Of a stretch of 64,000 bases of DNA, positions 16,933-27,344 are shown piece by piece. The translations under genes were made by a program, and so were the position numbers. Source of the stretch: an uncultured virus (IMG/VR IMGVR_UViG_3300025126_000012) (Duplodnaviria > Heunggongvirae > Uroviricota > Caudoviricetes); IMG/VR virus record IMGVR_UViG_3300025126_000012; one strand, 5' to 3'. The notes under the pieces were generated by a model, which did no database searches, had not been told where the DNA came from, and worked only from the letters and a program-made list of their open reading frames with translations. Position 1 is the stretch's first letter. The number at the start of each line of letters is the position of its first letter.

Positions 16933-19247
16933 TTTATATAGGCAAAATAGAAGACAGTTCAAGTGACCCATTTAGGGCAACAAGATACAAGGTAAGGATT
17001 ATAGGGGTACATCAGCCAGATAAGTCTATATTGCCAACAGAAGATTTGCCATGGTCGACCTGTGTTCAAAATAATTCGGCTGCCATGAGTGGTATAGGCA
17101 CATCTGCAAATGGGTATCTCAACGGTTCAACTGTTGCAATAATGTTTTTAGATGAGGATAAACAAATTCCTTTCATCTTAGGTGCACTCGGTGGTGTGCC
17201 TCGAGCAGAGTTAACAGGCAATGAGTTATACTCCAGCATTGAATCTGAATTAGCTATATTACCCAGACCCACTCCTCCTGAAGAACCGAATGCTGATTAT
17301 ATAGGGCCTCTGTCCCATAATGATGTAAAAAATATAATCGCTAAACTGGGAGAGTTGAGAGTAAACAATAGCCCAAAAACAACAGAGTTCGGTGTAGGCC
17401 GGTATCAACATACTCTCACAGAACTCGAAATATTGGGATATATACACAATAATGAATGGGTCGGTAAAAACGGTATAAAAAGCAACGAGCAATATTTAAA
17501 TACACCAAACGAGCAATATGATGCAGAGGAGATTCTGCTGAAATTATATTATGTTGCATTAATGCAAACCCAAGTAATAACATCATATACCCCAAAAGAA
17601 AAGGTATCTGGTGTGCTATTGGCAGCTCATGTCAACGGGATAGAAGGTGCATATGCTCTTGTGTATAACGGCGAAGACAGTAATAATTATTTGAATGAAA
17701 ATAGTCTTAATTTCTATAGAGAAGGATATAAACTAATACAGGGTGTATATACGGAAGAAGTACCGTCGCTAGAAAATATCAACAATACTGCAACAGATAA
17801 TAATGATGAAGATGTCTACCCATCAAAAAGCAAATTTGACGTAAAACCGATTGAAATTCCCCTTAATAATCAAGGGTTTAAAGACCCAAATGGGACATAT
17901 CCACTGTTGTCCCATGAGAAAGAGTCTGACACACCCAGATTGGCGACAGGAATCAAAGCAACCCAGACTATACTTGGGCTCAAAGAGCAAATGGCAGTAA
18001 AGAATATAGCTATAGCCAATAGTACAATCAAATGGAAACAACCACCGCAGCCATATAATGCAATGTATCCAAAAAATCATGTATATCAGAGCGAGTCCGG
18101 TCATGTGATGGAGTTTGATGATACTACTGGGGCAGAAAGAATACACATTGCTCATAATACAGGTACATTCTTCGAGATTGATAATGAGGGAAACCAGGTA
18201 GACCGCACTGTCGGCACTCGCACTATCATAGTAGATAAAGATGAACTTGTGTACATCAAAGGTTCCGGGCATGTTACTATAGACGGAGATATGTCTCTTA
18301 AGGTAACTAGAGCGATGCATGTTGAAATTAGCGGTGATGCTAATATTAAGGTAGCAGGCGATTATAATTTAGATGTAGCAGGTACTTTCAGAGTAAATTC
18401 CGGTGCATTCGAGATAGGTGGAAGTTCGACATCTAAAGTCACCTCTCCTATATTAGAATTGGATGCAAATAACATATTACAGAATCCATCCACAGGTGAT
18501 ATTGTATTTTCAAAGCATACTAATAGTTATGAAAGCGTATCTGGTGTAAATACATGGTCACCGACAATAAAATTACCTGCACCTATTACCAGAAAAGAAA
18601 TGCAAGGAATAGAACTCGAAGATACTGAAGCGTCCAAAATATTAGCTGGATATGACAAAAAATTGAAAAAAATTGATGCAGATAAAACTGCATCGACTCA
18701 TACACCAAGCAAAATAACAAGTATATATTCCTTACCAGATTTAATAACATACAATACGATATTATCAGCAAACTTTAAAGTCAGAGATGTTGCTGTGGGG
18801 AGTCTAGGAAGTAACTTTCCATTCCAGGGACAACATGGTTTAACAGCAAGGGATATAGCAGTAAACGCTCAGTTACTTTGCCTTAATTGTCTAGAACCCA
18901 TAAGAAAGCAATTTAGTAGTGTTGGTTTTAAATTAAATTCAGTTGTCAGACCTTCTGGCAATCCATATTCAAATCCTGATAGAATTTCACAACATGAACT
19001 TGGTATGGCGGCTGATATATCATTCTCTCTAATAAGAGGTCTACCAGATGATAGACAACGATTCTTTCAAAATGCAAAGTGGATAAAGGACAATATTTTA
19101 TTTGACCAATTGTTGCTCGAATATCGAAATGGGGGTTCTGTCTGGATTCATATATCCTACAATAAAAGTAATAATAGAAGGAATGTCATGACAATAAATA
19201 ATGATAAAAAATATGATAACGGTCTAATATTATTGACAGAGGTTTGA
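16929..19247 (+). CDS. 5: Baseplate spike gp5 with lysozyme-like insert and C-terminal peptidase M15 domain
   Basis: OB-fold (R.KVRIIGVH, LPW), YP.NHV..SESGH..EFDDT.G.ERI...H.TGT, beta-helix repeats, C-terminal SQH..G.AADI...WIHISY. Confidence 0.9.
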   Translation: MIYIGKIEDSSSDPFRATRYKVRIIGVHQPDKSILPTEDLPWSTCVQNNSAAMSGIGTSANGYLNGSTVAIMFLDEDKQIPFILGALGGVPRAELTGNELYSSIESELAILPRPTPPEEPNADYIGPLSHNDVKNIIAKLGELRVNNSPKTTEFGVGRYQHTLTELEILGYIHNNEWVGKNGIKSNEQYLNTPNEQYDAEEILLKLYYVALMQTQVITSYTPKEKVSGVLLAAHVNGIEGAYALVYNGEDSNNYLNENSLNFYREGYKLIQGVYTEEVPSLENINNTATDNNDEDVYPSKSKFDVKPIEIPLNNQGFKDPNGTYPLLSHEKESDTPRLATGIKATQTILGLKEQMAVKNIAIANSTIKWKQPPQPYNAMYPKNHVYQSESGHVMEFDDTTGAERIHIAHNTGTFFEIDNEGNQVDRTVGTRTIIVDKDELVYIKGSGHVTIDGDMSLKVTRAMHVEISGDANIKVAGDYNLDVAGTFRVNSGAFEIGGSSTSKVTSPILELDANNILQNPSTGDIVFSKHTNSYESVSGVNTWSPTIKLPAPITRKEMQGIELEDTEASKILAGYDKKLKKIDADKTASTHTPSKITSIYSLPDLITYNTILSANFKVRDVAVGSLGSNFPFQGQHGLTARDIAVNAQLLCLNCLEPIRKQFSSVGFKLNSVVRPSGNPYSNPDRISQHELGMAADISFSLIRGLPDDRQRFFQNAKWIKDNILFDQLLLEYRNGGSVWIHISYNKSNNRRNVMTINNDKKYDNGLILLTEV

Positions 19248-19250
19248 CAT

Positions 19251-19457
19251 ATGGCAATGACAGCACAAGGAATGGCAGATAAGATGATAGCAGCATTGCC
19301 GATACAACCGGAAGTAAATAAAGACATATTCGATGCTTTCTTGTTAGCACTATCTACCGGTATAATAAATGAAATACAGGCGAATTCAGAATTGGTACCA
19401 ATATCAACTGATAGTGGCTCTGCTGGTGCTGGTATCATAACAGGCAAAGTGGCATAA
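19251..19457 (+). CDS. Small hypothetical protein downstream of gp5 (possible spike-tip protein)
   Basis: 68 aa with SD GAGG; occupies the gp5.4 position; no PAAR motif. Confidence 0.55.
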   Translation: MAMTAQGMADKMIAALPIQPEVNKDIFDAFLLALSTGIINEIQANSELVPISTDSGSAGAGIITGKVA

Positions 19458-19557
19458 AAGTTACGAAATAGTTGACAAATTCTTGACAACCGTTCAAAAT
19501 TAGACTGTGCCTCGATGATATTCTACTATTAAATAAAGATTTTATAAGGTATTAAAT

Positions 19558-19977
19558 ATGTTACTTGAATTAAAAAGAATTGATTTATATCCATTATGTA
19601 CAATAGGAACATTATCGGTAAATGGTAAATTCCTGTGTTACACATTAGAAGACACGGTGAGAGAAGTTGATGGTGTACCAGTTAAAGACTGGAAGATTCC
19701 TGCCAAGACTGCTATACCTAGAGGAGAATATGAAGTACTCATAACTAGGTCTAATAGATTCAAAAAATTGTTACCTGAATTACTGAAGGTCGAAGGATTT
19801 GCTGGTATCAGAATACATGCTGGTAATACACATGACGACACTGAGGGGTGTATATTGGTTGGCATGAAAAACAGAATCATATCAGTAGGCGATAGTGTTA
19901 TTGCTATGAAGAAATTGCAACCAATGATTAGCACTGCTATTAAAAATAAAGAAAAAGTAACTATAAAAATAGCATGA
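19558..19977 (+). CDS. DUF5675-type putative L,D-peptidase (candidate endolysin)
   Basis: TIG.L...CYTLED, TAIP.G.Y, GIRIHAGN...DTEGCILVG. Confidence 0.75.
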   Translation: MLLELKRIDLYPLCTIGTLSVNGKFLCYTLEDTVREVDGVPVKDWKIPAKTAIPRGEYEVLITRSNRFKKLLPELLKVEGFAGIRIHAGNTHDDTEGCILVGMKNRIISVGDSVIAMKKLQPMISTAIKNKEKVTIKIA

Positions 19978-20123
19978 CTGAGCTGATTGTTTTGTTCATA
20001 CTTAATGTCCTTGTATTGTTGTATATCTTTTTTCCTAGGAAAGAAACTCGTAAAAAGAAGTCACCTCTGAGTACTCATTTCAAAGAAGACGTCAAAAGAG
20101 GGAAAAAAGACCCTAGACAGTAA
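19974..20123 (+). CDS. 49-aa single-TM protein with basic tail (not in the ORF track)
   Basis: MTELIVLFILNVLVLLYIFFPRKETRKKK...; ATGA overlap with the upstream gene. Confidence 0.6.
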   Translation: MTELIVLFILNVLVLLYIFFPRKETRKKKSPLSTHFKEDVKRGKKDPRQ

Positions 20124-20125
20124 TC

Positions 20126-20133
20126 GATAAATA
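20126..20133 (+). promoter_or_regulatory. Late promoter GATAAATA
   Basis: Intergenic, 27 nt before the gp25 ATG. RATAAATA recurs at gene boundaries 27310, 28829, 37565, 39906, 50988, 56249, 59022 and 63199. Confidence 0.75.
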
Positions 20134-20160
20134 GTGCCATATATCATCATTACGAGTATC

Positions 20161-20538
20161 ATGGCAACTTATACCGATTTAAGCTTATCACTCCAAGCAC
20201 ATCCATTCACTAAAGATATACTGAAAATTTCAGATGTTGATGCTGTCAAGCAATCAATGAAAAATATATTATTCAGTGGCCCATATTCTTCGCCGTTCAA
20301 TACGGTTCGTGGTGCTGATATAAGAAGTATACTCTTTGACCAACTCACCCCTCCAAGTACCGCTATTATAAAACAAAAGATTTTATTGTCAATGGAAGAA
20401 TTAGAACCGAGAGCAGCCATAGAAGATATATATGTAGGCGAAGGAGAAAACAACTATTTAAATATTGGTATATTGTTCCATGTTGTTGGTAATCCTAATC
20501 AACAGACATTAAATTTCACATTTGAACGACTAAGGTAA
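20161..20538 (+). CDS. 25: Baseplate wedge gp25
   Basis: YTDLSL....HP.T.D, D.DAVKQS.KNI, G..I..ILF, EPR, F..ERLR; start at ATG 20161. Confidence 0.92.
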   Translation: MATYTDLSLSLQAHPFTKDILKISDVDAVKQSMKNILFSGPYSSPFNTVRGADIRSILFDQLTPPSTAIIKQKILLSMEELEPRAAIEDIYVGEGENNYLNIGILFHVVGNPNQQTLNFTFERLR

Positions 20539-20544
20539 GGTATT

Positions 20545-22305
20545 ATGCAAAAGATACGTATAGGGAAACTTGATTTTCAAGACATAAAAGATTCTCTTAA
20601 AAATTATCTGTCTCAGCAAACAGAGTTCACAGATTATAATTTTGAAGGTTCTAATATATCTCAACTGTTGAACATATTAGCATATAATGCTCATTATGAT
20701 GCGCTGGCTGCCAATTTCCTCGCTAATGAGGTTTTCCTAGATACCGCTACCAAAAGAAGTTCTGTTATCTCGCGCGCAAAGGAACTGGGATATAATAGTA
20801 GAAGTCGTCGAGCATCCTCCGCTATTTTAACCGTTCATATTGACAATTTGTTAAATGCAGAATCGACTCCATCAGTCCTAGTACCACGAGGTACTAGATT
20901 TACAACTAAAGTAAACGAGGAGATATTCACCTTTACTACAAAAGATACTGCGATATTAGATAAACAGATTGAGTTAGGATTACCAGTATTTGTTGGCACG
21001 GTAAATGTGTATGAGGGAGTACTGACACAGAACATAAGCACATACGATGCTACTGATTCTACTATAACTATACCTAACATCGATGTTGATACTACTACCC
21101 TTCGAGTAGAATTATATGAAGACAGCCAGTGGGTAGAATGGACTCTACCGACGTCATTCTTATCTGTCACTTCTACCTCTAAAGTGTATATGATTCAAGA
21201 AGGATTTAATGGATATGAAATTTATTTTGGCGATGGTGTTCTAGGTAAGAAACCAATAGATGGTTCGCAAATTCGTATGACATATGTAGTAACATCCGGC
21301 GCCGTTGCAAATGGAGCATCGGTATTTTCATTATCATCAAATATAACAGGAGTAGGTTCTAATACCATCGTCACAGCATCTGTACAATCTCCGTCTTCTG
21401 GCGGATTGTTAGAAGAATCGATTGAATCTGTAAAATTGAATGCTAAAAATATATATTCCACACAGAATAGAGCGGTAGTTGCTGAAGATTATGCTGCCCT
21501 CGCTCAACAAAATTTCGAACAAATAAGAGAAGTATTAGCATGGGATGGTGCAACGACGATGCCACCTAGATTTGGCCGAGTAGTGCTTTGTGTTAAACCG
21601 AGAGTAGGAGCAGTATTAAGTACAGCAAATAAGAGTTTAGTATCTGACTTTTTGATGCGAAAGGGAGTAGGTAATATCAAGATTGATTTTATTGACCCGG
21701 AATACATCAATATCGAAGTGGACTCTATTATAAAATATTCTGTGTCTAATTTACAATTGACTCCTTATGAATTAGAATATCTAGTAAAAGCAATTATAAC
21801 AGATTATGCAGGAGACTCAATTAATAAATTTAAGGGAGTTTTTAGATATTCTAATCTTGTATCACTTATCGATTCTGCTGATTATTCTATATACAGCAAT
21901 GAAACTGTGGTATCATTGAATAAAGAAGTTAGACCAAATCTGTATGAACCAAATAATTTTGTATTCACTTATGCTAATCAGATAGTAAAAGGATCCTTTA
22001 AGAGTACAAAATTTAATGATGGTATATTACCAAATAAATTATTCTTGCTTGACGACAACGGCAAGATACATGAGTATTATTCTATTAATGGTAAGAATGT
22101 AATATACAAGGCAAATGTAGGTACAATAAATTACGTGACAGGTGAAGTTGTTATGAATAACATAACAATGTCAAGTGTAGATGATTTAAAATTTAAGCTA
22201 TCAGTAAAGCCGGCTACGTTAGATATTTATTCCACTCAAAATATTATACTGACTTTAACTCAGCAAAATATTAAAATCAAAGCAATTAAGGACACAGTTC
22301 AATGA
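20545..22305 (+). CDS. 6: Baseplate wedge gp6
   Basis: LDFQDIK..LK.YL..Q.EF.DYNFEGS, NEVFLDTA..RSSV.S.AK.LGY, QNRAV...DY. Confidence 0.96.
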   Translation: MQKIRIGKLDFQDIKDSLKNYLSQQTEFTDYNFEGSNISQLLNILAYNAHYDALAANFLANEVFLDTATKRSSVISRAKELGYNSRSRRASSAILTVHIDNLLNAESTPSVLVPRGTRFTTKVNEEIFTFTTKDTAILDKQIELGLPVFVGTVNVYEGVLTQNISTYDATDSTITIPNIDVDTTTLRVELYEDSQWVEWTLPTSFLSVTSTSKVYMIQEGFNGYEIYFGDGVLGKKPIDGSQIRMTYVVTSGAVANGASVFSLSSNITGVGSNTIVTASVQSPSSGGLLEESIESVKLNAKNIYSTQNRAVVAEDYAALAQQNFEQIREVLAWDGATTMPPRFGRVVLCVKPRVGAVLSTANKSLVSDFLMRKGVGNIKIDFIDPEYINIEVDSIIKYSVSNLQLTPYELEYLVKAIITDYAGDSINKFKGVFRYSNLVSLIDSADYSIYSNETVVSLNKEVRPNLYEPNNFVFTYANQIVKGSFKSTKFNDGILPNKLFLLDDNGKIHEYYSINGKNVIYKANVGTINYVTGEVVMNNITMSSVDDLKFKLSVKPATLDIYSTQNIILTLTQQNIKIKAIKDTVQ

Positions 22306-25300
22306 TTGAAGTACCAACAATACCTGATGTAATCGAGGCACAGATTCCTGTTATAGCCAGACAGCCAGAGAATGCTAAATTTGTTGCTCTCCTAAAGCAC
22401 TATTATGATTGGTTGATTCAAAAAGGACAACCGACTGACTTCATCCGTAATATACTACAATATAGAGACATTGATTTAACTACTGACGCATTCAGAGAAC
22501 ATTTAGCTGCATCGCTATATCATGTCATACCGTCCACCTCGGCTGCGGATAAGATTTTAATGACTAAACATATAACAGAATTTTTAAAATCAAAGGGGAG
22601 TTTAGAGTCCTTTGAATTTATTATGAATGCTATATATGGCGAAATTATTCAAGTGGACTGGAATTCTGACAAATTATTCAGAGCATCTGATAATGAATAT
22701 TCTCGCAGAGCATCCGTTGTAATTGAATCTGACAGTCCTTGGTCGCTTGTAGATGATTCTGAAATTGAACAAACATATCCAACCCCAGCGTCTGCTATTA
22801 TAGAGAGCTGTGTCACCACTACTTATAACGGTACGACTTTAAATTGGTTAAAACTTAATGATAAAAGTGTCATGGGTAGATTTGAAGTCGCCGGCTCCGT
22901 TAGGGCATTGCATAATAACATCGACTTATCTTTACAATATATCGAAGAATATTACAAACCAATAAGTCTTTTTGGTGATATATTAGAGTTTTCAGCATTG
23001 ACTGAAGAGGCTAGACCGTATGATACATTAATTGTTAAACAATTAAATTCAGATTTCAGAGCAATTATCGAGACACTTATATCTAGGGTGACTGATAATG
23101 ATAAATCACGCATCAGAGTTAAAGTGACTGCAGTCACTGGTACTTTGGGAACGGATGATTTGTATATCATCCCTGCAATGATTGAAAATAGTTTATATAC
23201 TAAAGATGAGTATGAGCATGGTATTGTATCAAAATCAGTGGTAGGAATATCGTTTGATAATAGCGGGGCATTATACACACCTGGGGATAATATCACATTT
23301 TTGGCAGGTTCAGGACTTAATGTAGATGCTGTCGTCTCTGATATTGGAGCAGGTGGTATCGATACTGTAGATATTATCAAAAAGGGATACGGATATTCAG
23401 TTGGTGATAACTTGACAGTCCTCAATGATGCATCAAATGGGGCTGGATTCATTGCCTCAGTCGATAAGATTGATGGTATTGGTGGTGATATTGCAGTTAC
23501 TACAGAATTAAATGCGTTCTCGATTACTGATGGTGGTTATGGTTATGCTGTTGGAGATGAATTGCAAATACTTGGAGGAAATAGAAAAGAAGGAACTCCG
23601 CCTGCCAAATTCCTAGTATCAAGTATAAATGCAGCATGGTTGTTTAAGGGCATTAAGATTGTCAACACTGGCTCGAATTATCCGAAATACTCAAAGATTG
23701 AATTAATCGATTCTGTTACCTTGGCTAAAATTGCTGGATTTGTTGCTACTCCTACATTTAATACTACTAATGGTATATCAGATATAACAATCACATCCAC
23801 TCCAACTATATCATCTAAGGACTTGAAGGTAATAGTGAATGGATATGGTGCATCCTATACAGCAAACTTATCTGCTGGTGCTGTTATATCATTTACTCAA
23901 AGCAATGTTGGGGTGAATTATATTAATCCGGAAGTTGAGATTCTTGGAGACGGTGTCGGCGCCTCGGCGGTACCTATTTTATCCTCTGGTACTATAACAG
24001 GTATAACGTTACTTAGCGGAGGGTCTGGTTATACAACAACTACTGTATTAATTAAAGAGAAATTTAGCACTGGTTTTGTGGCTACGCCAAAAATTCAAAA
24101 TACGACTGATAATACTGGTACTATTACCGGTCTCTCTATAATTGATAGAGGAGAATATAATACACTGCCATCTTGCTTTGATAATAAATTAATAACGAAA
24201 ACGGGCATCGGCGAAGATGCTACGGTATCACTAGATTTTAGATTGCTTAATACCAAATTAATATCAGCAGGTAATTATTATCAAACTGCAACTGCTGATA
24301 TTAATGGTAACGGCTCTGGGGCGGTATTTAATCCTATACTTCGAGACGGCTCGATAGGTTCTTTTAACATTGTCAGTGGCGGGTCGGGATATACTTATGC
24401 ATATATTACAATAGGTGATGGTTTCGATTTCGTCGGTAGCGTTAATATAACTGGTGGAGTGATTACCGGTATCACAATTTACAAATCAGGATGGGGATAT
24501 AATACCACAAGTTCAGTCAATATCATCGGCGATGGTATCAATGCTGATATTAATTTGTTAGGAGCAGGCAATATAAAAAATGGAGTACTGAAAGAGCTTG
24601 TTGTTGTATCAGGAGGAACAGGTTATTTTTATGGTACTAGTATATCTGCTCCAACAAGTCAACCAGGTGCTATAGCAGCTATATTAACTCCTATTATTGT
24701 CAATGGTGAGATTAAATCAATATCGAGTACTGAGGGAGAAGGATATATTTCTACTGATATGGACAACATCATACTTGATGCAGGTATATCAGCGCTGATG
24801 ACTTTGAGTGTATCAGGCACTGGCAAACTTGTATCATACGATATTACGAGCGGTGGAGAAGGATATTATTCACAGTCAGAAGTAACTCCGGTATCAATAT
24901 CAGCAAGTATAGGTACAGGTGCTGTATTGTTGCCTACAATAGATGCTGCCGGCAAAATAATTGCGGTGCAAGTTCATGCTGGTGGTCAGGGATATACTGG
25001 AGGTACTATACTTTCAGTCGCCGGCGGGGGTGGAAGTGGAGCAATTCTAAAACCACTGATATATCAAAATAAAATAACTGATGTCATCATTGAAAATTCA
25101 GGAGCAGGATATAAATACGGTACATCAGCTTTTGTAGTTGGTGATGGTATGAATGCTAATATAACTCCGGTGGTCGAAACTGGTATTACATCAGCCGACG
25201 TCATAAGCGGAGGTGTTGATTATATTAATGGTTCAACTGTCATAAACATAACAGACCCAACGGGTACCGGTGCTGAAATTCAACCTATCATTGTCGATAA

Positions 25301-27314
25301 CACGATAGTATCATTAGAAATTATAAACAAAGGAACAGGATACACAAATCCAGTGTTATCTGCTACGATTGGTTCAGGTGCAACATTAATAGCAAAGGCT
25401 CCGCGTAACATTATAGACTTCACCGTAGTTGATGCAGGTACTGGATATACCTATGCCGATTTGATATTACTCGGTGACGGTTCTATCAATGCAGATGTTC
25501 GCTTGAAATTCGATAAATTAGGTTCAATTGATTCAGTCATAACAACCAATTATGGTACAGGATATACGATAACACCCGTCGTATCGATAACAGATACTAG
25601 TGGGTATGGTGCTGTGTCTAAAATAGCTATTAAGTCATTAGGAGGTGGATATACGGTACCCCCTATATTAATATTAGAAAATAAATATGATGAATTTGGT
25701 AATTTAACAGCATCTGGTACAAAATTTTCATCTCATGGTAAAAACATAGGCTCAATAAAAGGAATATCTTTTACAGATAATGGTGCAGCTTATGATGACC
25801 TTCCTATACCAATTTTCCCTGTTGTTGCTACCTTGGCTGAAAATGCTGCATTTATATCTGGAGAGACCGTAAAAGTATATTCTAATTTATACAGAGATAT
25901 TAGCGCATCATTTGGTGCATTGTTAGAGAGTGGGGATAATATATTGTTGGAAAGTGGTGATACATTAGGTCTTGATGTACTAGATTCGTCCTTCGACAAT
26001 GGTACTACTGCAAAAGTAATTTCAGTTGATTATGAGAAAAATATAATTAAACTTGATGTAACATCAGATGCGTTTTTTATAACAAGTGAGCAATTAGATA
26101 AATTAGTCATAACAGAAGATGATATTGATATTGTGCACCAATTATCTGCATCTTTGGATATAGGCGATGTACTTATCGGCGAAAAATCAAATGCTCATGC
26201 TACTATCTCATATATGAACAGAGCCTCAGGTGCAACTATCGCAGGTGGTAATGGATGGGGAGACTTTAAATTCAAGTCAAATGTAGGTAAATTGAATGAT
26301 AAATTATCCGTATTGGCTGACAACAATAGATACCAAGATTATGCATACGTTGTAAAAGCAGGTAGAGCGCTAAAAGATTATGAAGTTTTGTTGAGAACAA
26401 CTGTGCACCCAGCTGGATTTTCTTTATTTGGCGATGTTGTCACTCAGACATTAACAGAATCTAATATACTGAATGAAATTGGATATAACAGCACCGTTAG
26501 TATATTGTTTATATATTCTATATATGCAATGTATCAAGAAAGTACGATAGGACAAGAATGGTCAGCAATAGATGATTTATTTGGAGATTTTACTAAATTC
26601 AGATATGTCGATATGCCAATTTCTCTTGTAAAAGATTTTACTACCAGACAAACAAGCAAAACATTGTATAGAATTGTCGATGAATATGCTGCGCCTCCTA
26701 TAGTTACAGCAGATTTATCTAAATGGACATTGGCTGATAATATACAAGTAATAAAGAATCATTCATCTGGACCATCTGGTAAATTGGATATGTACAAACT
26801 ATCTGATTTATATAGCGCAAATGTTGCAAGTATATATAATATAGTACCAGTAGCAGCTGATGGTAGAACATATGCATTTGAATGTATGATTAAGAAACAA
26901 GTAAATCCATTGACATATCCTAAGTTCGAACTTAAGGATTATATTTCAGGCGGCGACATATATACACTTGTTCTGAATACTGAAAGTGGAGAATATAAAA
27001 CAGATGGAACTGGACTGACAACTGTATTATCTGTCGGCGACTTTTGGTTTGTTAGAATGATACCTGCCGTTGTAGCACCTGGTGCTAATATCTGTGCTAA
27101 AATAATACCAGCCGCATCATATATTGATGCATTTGTTAATTCTCCATGGGCAAATGACATAACTGCTATAGGTTCCATTGATATATCGGCGGTTGTCCTG
27201 AAAGATATAACTGGGGTAGCTACTCATACCGGATATATTAGAGCGATTAATAATGAATATGCAGGTGCTATGTTTTATTTGACTCCAACAGAAACAGATT
27301 TAATTATTCAATAA
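22302..27314 (+). CDS. 7: Baseplate wedge initiator gp7-like, expanded with many G.GY repeats
   Basis: F..LL..YY.WL, KSKGS..SFE, YQDYAYVVK...VHPAGF.LFG; lies between gp6 and gp8. Confidence 0.85.
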   Translation: MIEVPTIPDVIEAQIPVIARQPENAKFVALLKHYYDWLIQKGQPTDFIRNILQYRDIDLTTDAFREHLAASLYHVIPSTSAADKILMTKHITEFLKSKGSLESFEFIMNAIYGEIIQVDWNSDKLFRASDNEYSRRASVVIESDSPWSLVDDSEIEQTYPTPASAIIESCVTTTYNGTTLNWLKLNDKSVMGRFEVAGSVRALHNNIDLSLQYIEEYYKPISLFGDILEFSALTEEARPYDTLIVKQLNSDFRAIIETLISRVTDNDKSRIRVKVTAVTGTLGTDDLYIIPAMIENSLYTKDEYEHGIVSKSVVGISFDNSGALYTPGDNITFLAGSGLNVDAVVSDIGAGGIDTVDIIKKGYGYSVGDNLTVLNDASNGAGFIASVDKIDGIGGDIAVTTELNAFSITDGGYGYAVGDELQILGGNRKEGTPPAKFLVSSINAAWLFKGIKIVNTGSNYPKYSKIELIDSVTLAKIAGFVATPTFNTTNGISDITITSTPTISSKDLKVIVNGYGASYTANLSAGAVISFTQSNVGVNYINPEVEILGDGVGASAVPILSSGTITGITLLSGGSGYTTTTVLIKEKFSTGFVATPKIQNTTDNTGTITGLSIIDRGEYNTLPSCFDNKLITKTGIGEDATVSLDFRLLNTKLISAGNYYQTATADINGNGSGAVFNPILRDGSIGSFNIVSGGSGYTYAYITIGDGFDFVGSVNITGGVITGITIYKSGWGYNTTSSVNIIGDGINADINLLGAGNIKNGVLKELVVVSGGTGYFYGTSISAPTSQPGAIAAILTPIIVNGEIKSISSTEGEGYISTDMDNIILDAGISALMTLSVSGTGKLVSYDITSGGEGYYSQSEVTPVSISASIGTGAVLLPTIDAAGKIIAVQVHAGGQGYTGGTILSVAGGGGSGAILKPLIYQNKITDVIIENSGAGYKYGTSAFVVGDGMNANITPVVETGITSADVISGGVDYINGSTVINITDPTGTGAEIQPIIVDNTIVSLEIINKGTGYTNPVLSATIGSGATLIAKAPRNIIDFTVVDAGTGYTYADLILLGDGSINADVRLKFDKLGSIDSVITTNYGTGYTITPVVSITDTSGYGAVSKIAIKSLGGGYTVPPILILENKYDEFGNLTASGTKFSSHGKNIGSIKGISFTDNGAAYDDLPIPIFPVVATLAENAAFISGETVKVYSNLYRDISASFGALLESGDNILLESGDTLGLDVLDSSFDNGTTAKVISVDYEKNIIKLDVTSDAFFITSEQLDKLVITEDDIDIVHQLSASLDIGDVLIGEKSNAHATISYMNRASGATIAGGNGWGDFKFKSNVGKLNDKLSVLADNNRYQDYAYVVKAGRALKDYEVLLRTTVHPAGFSLFGDVVTQTLTESNILNEIGYNSTVSILFIYSIYAMYQESTIGQEWSAIDDLFGDFTKFRYVDMPISLVKDFTTRQTSKTLYRIVDEYAAPPIVTADLSKWTLADNIQVIKNHSSGPSGKLDMYKLSDLYSANVASIYNIVPVAADGRTYAFECMIKKQVNPLTYPKFELKDYISGGDIYTLVLNTESGEYKTDGTGLTTVLSVGDFWFVRMIPAVVAPGANICAKIIPAASYIDAFVNSPWANDITAIGSIDISAVVLKDITGVATHTGYIRAINNEYAGAMFYLTPTETDLIIQ

Positions 27315-27344
27315 ATACAAACATGAATTCAAAAAGGAACGTAG

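Noticed and set aside
19472..19506. Two TTGACA hexamers upstream of the endolysin candidate
   Set aside because: The only correctly spaced -10 is weak (CAAAAT); not supportable as a promoter
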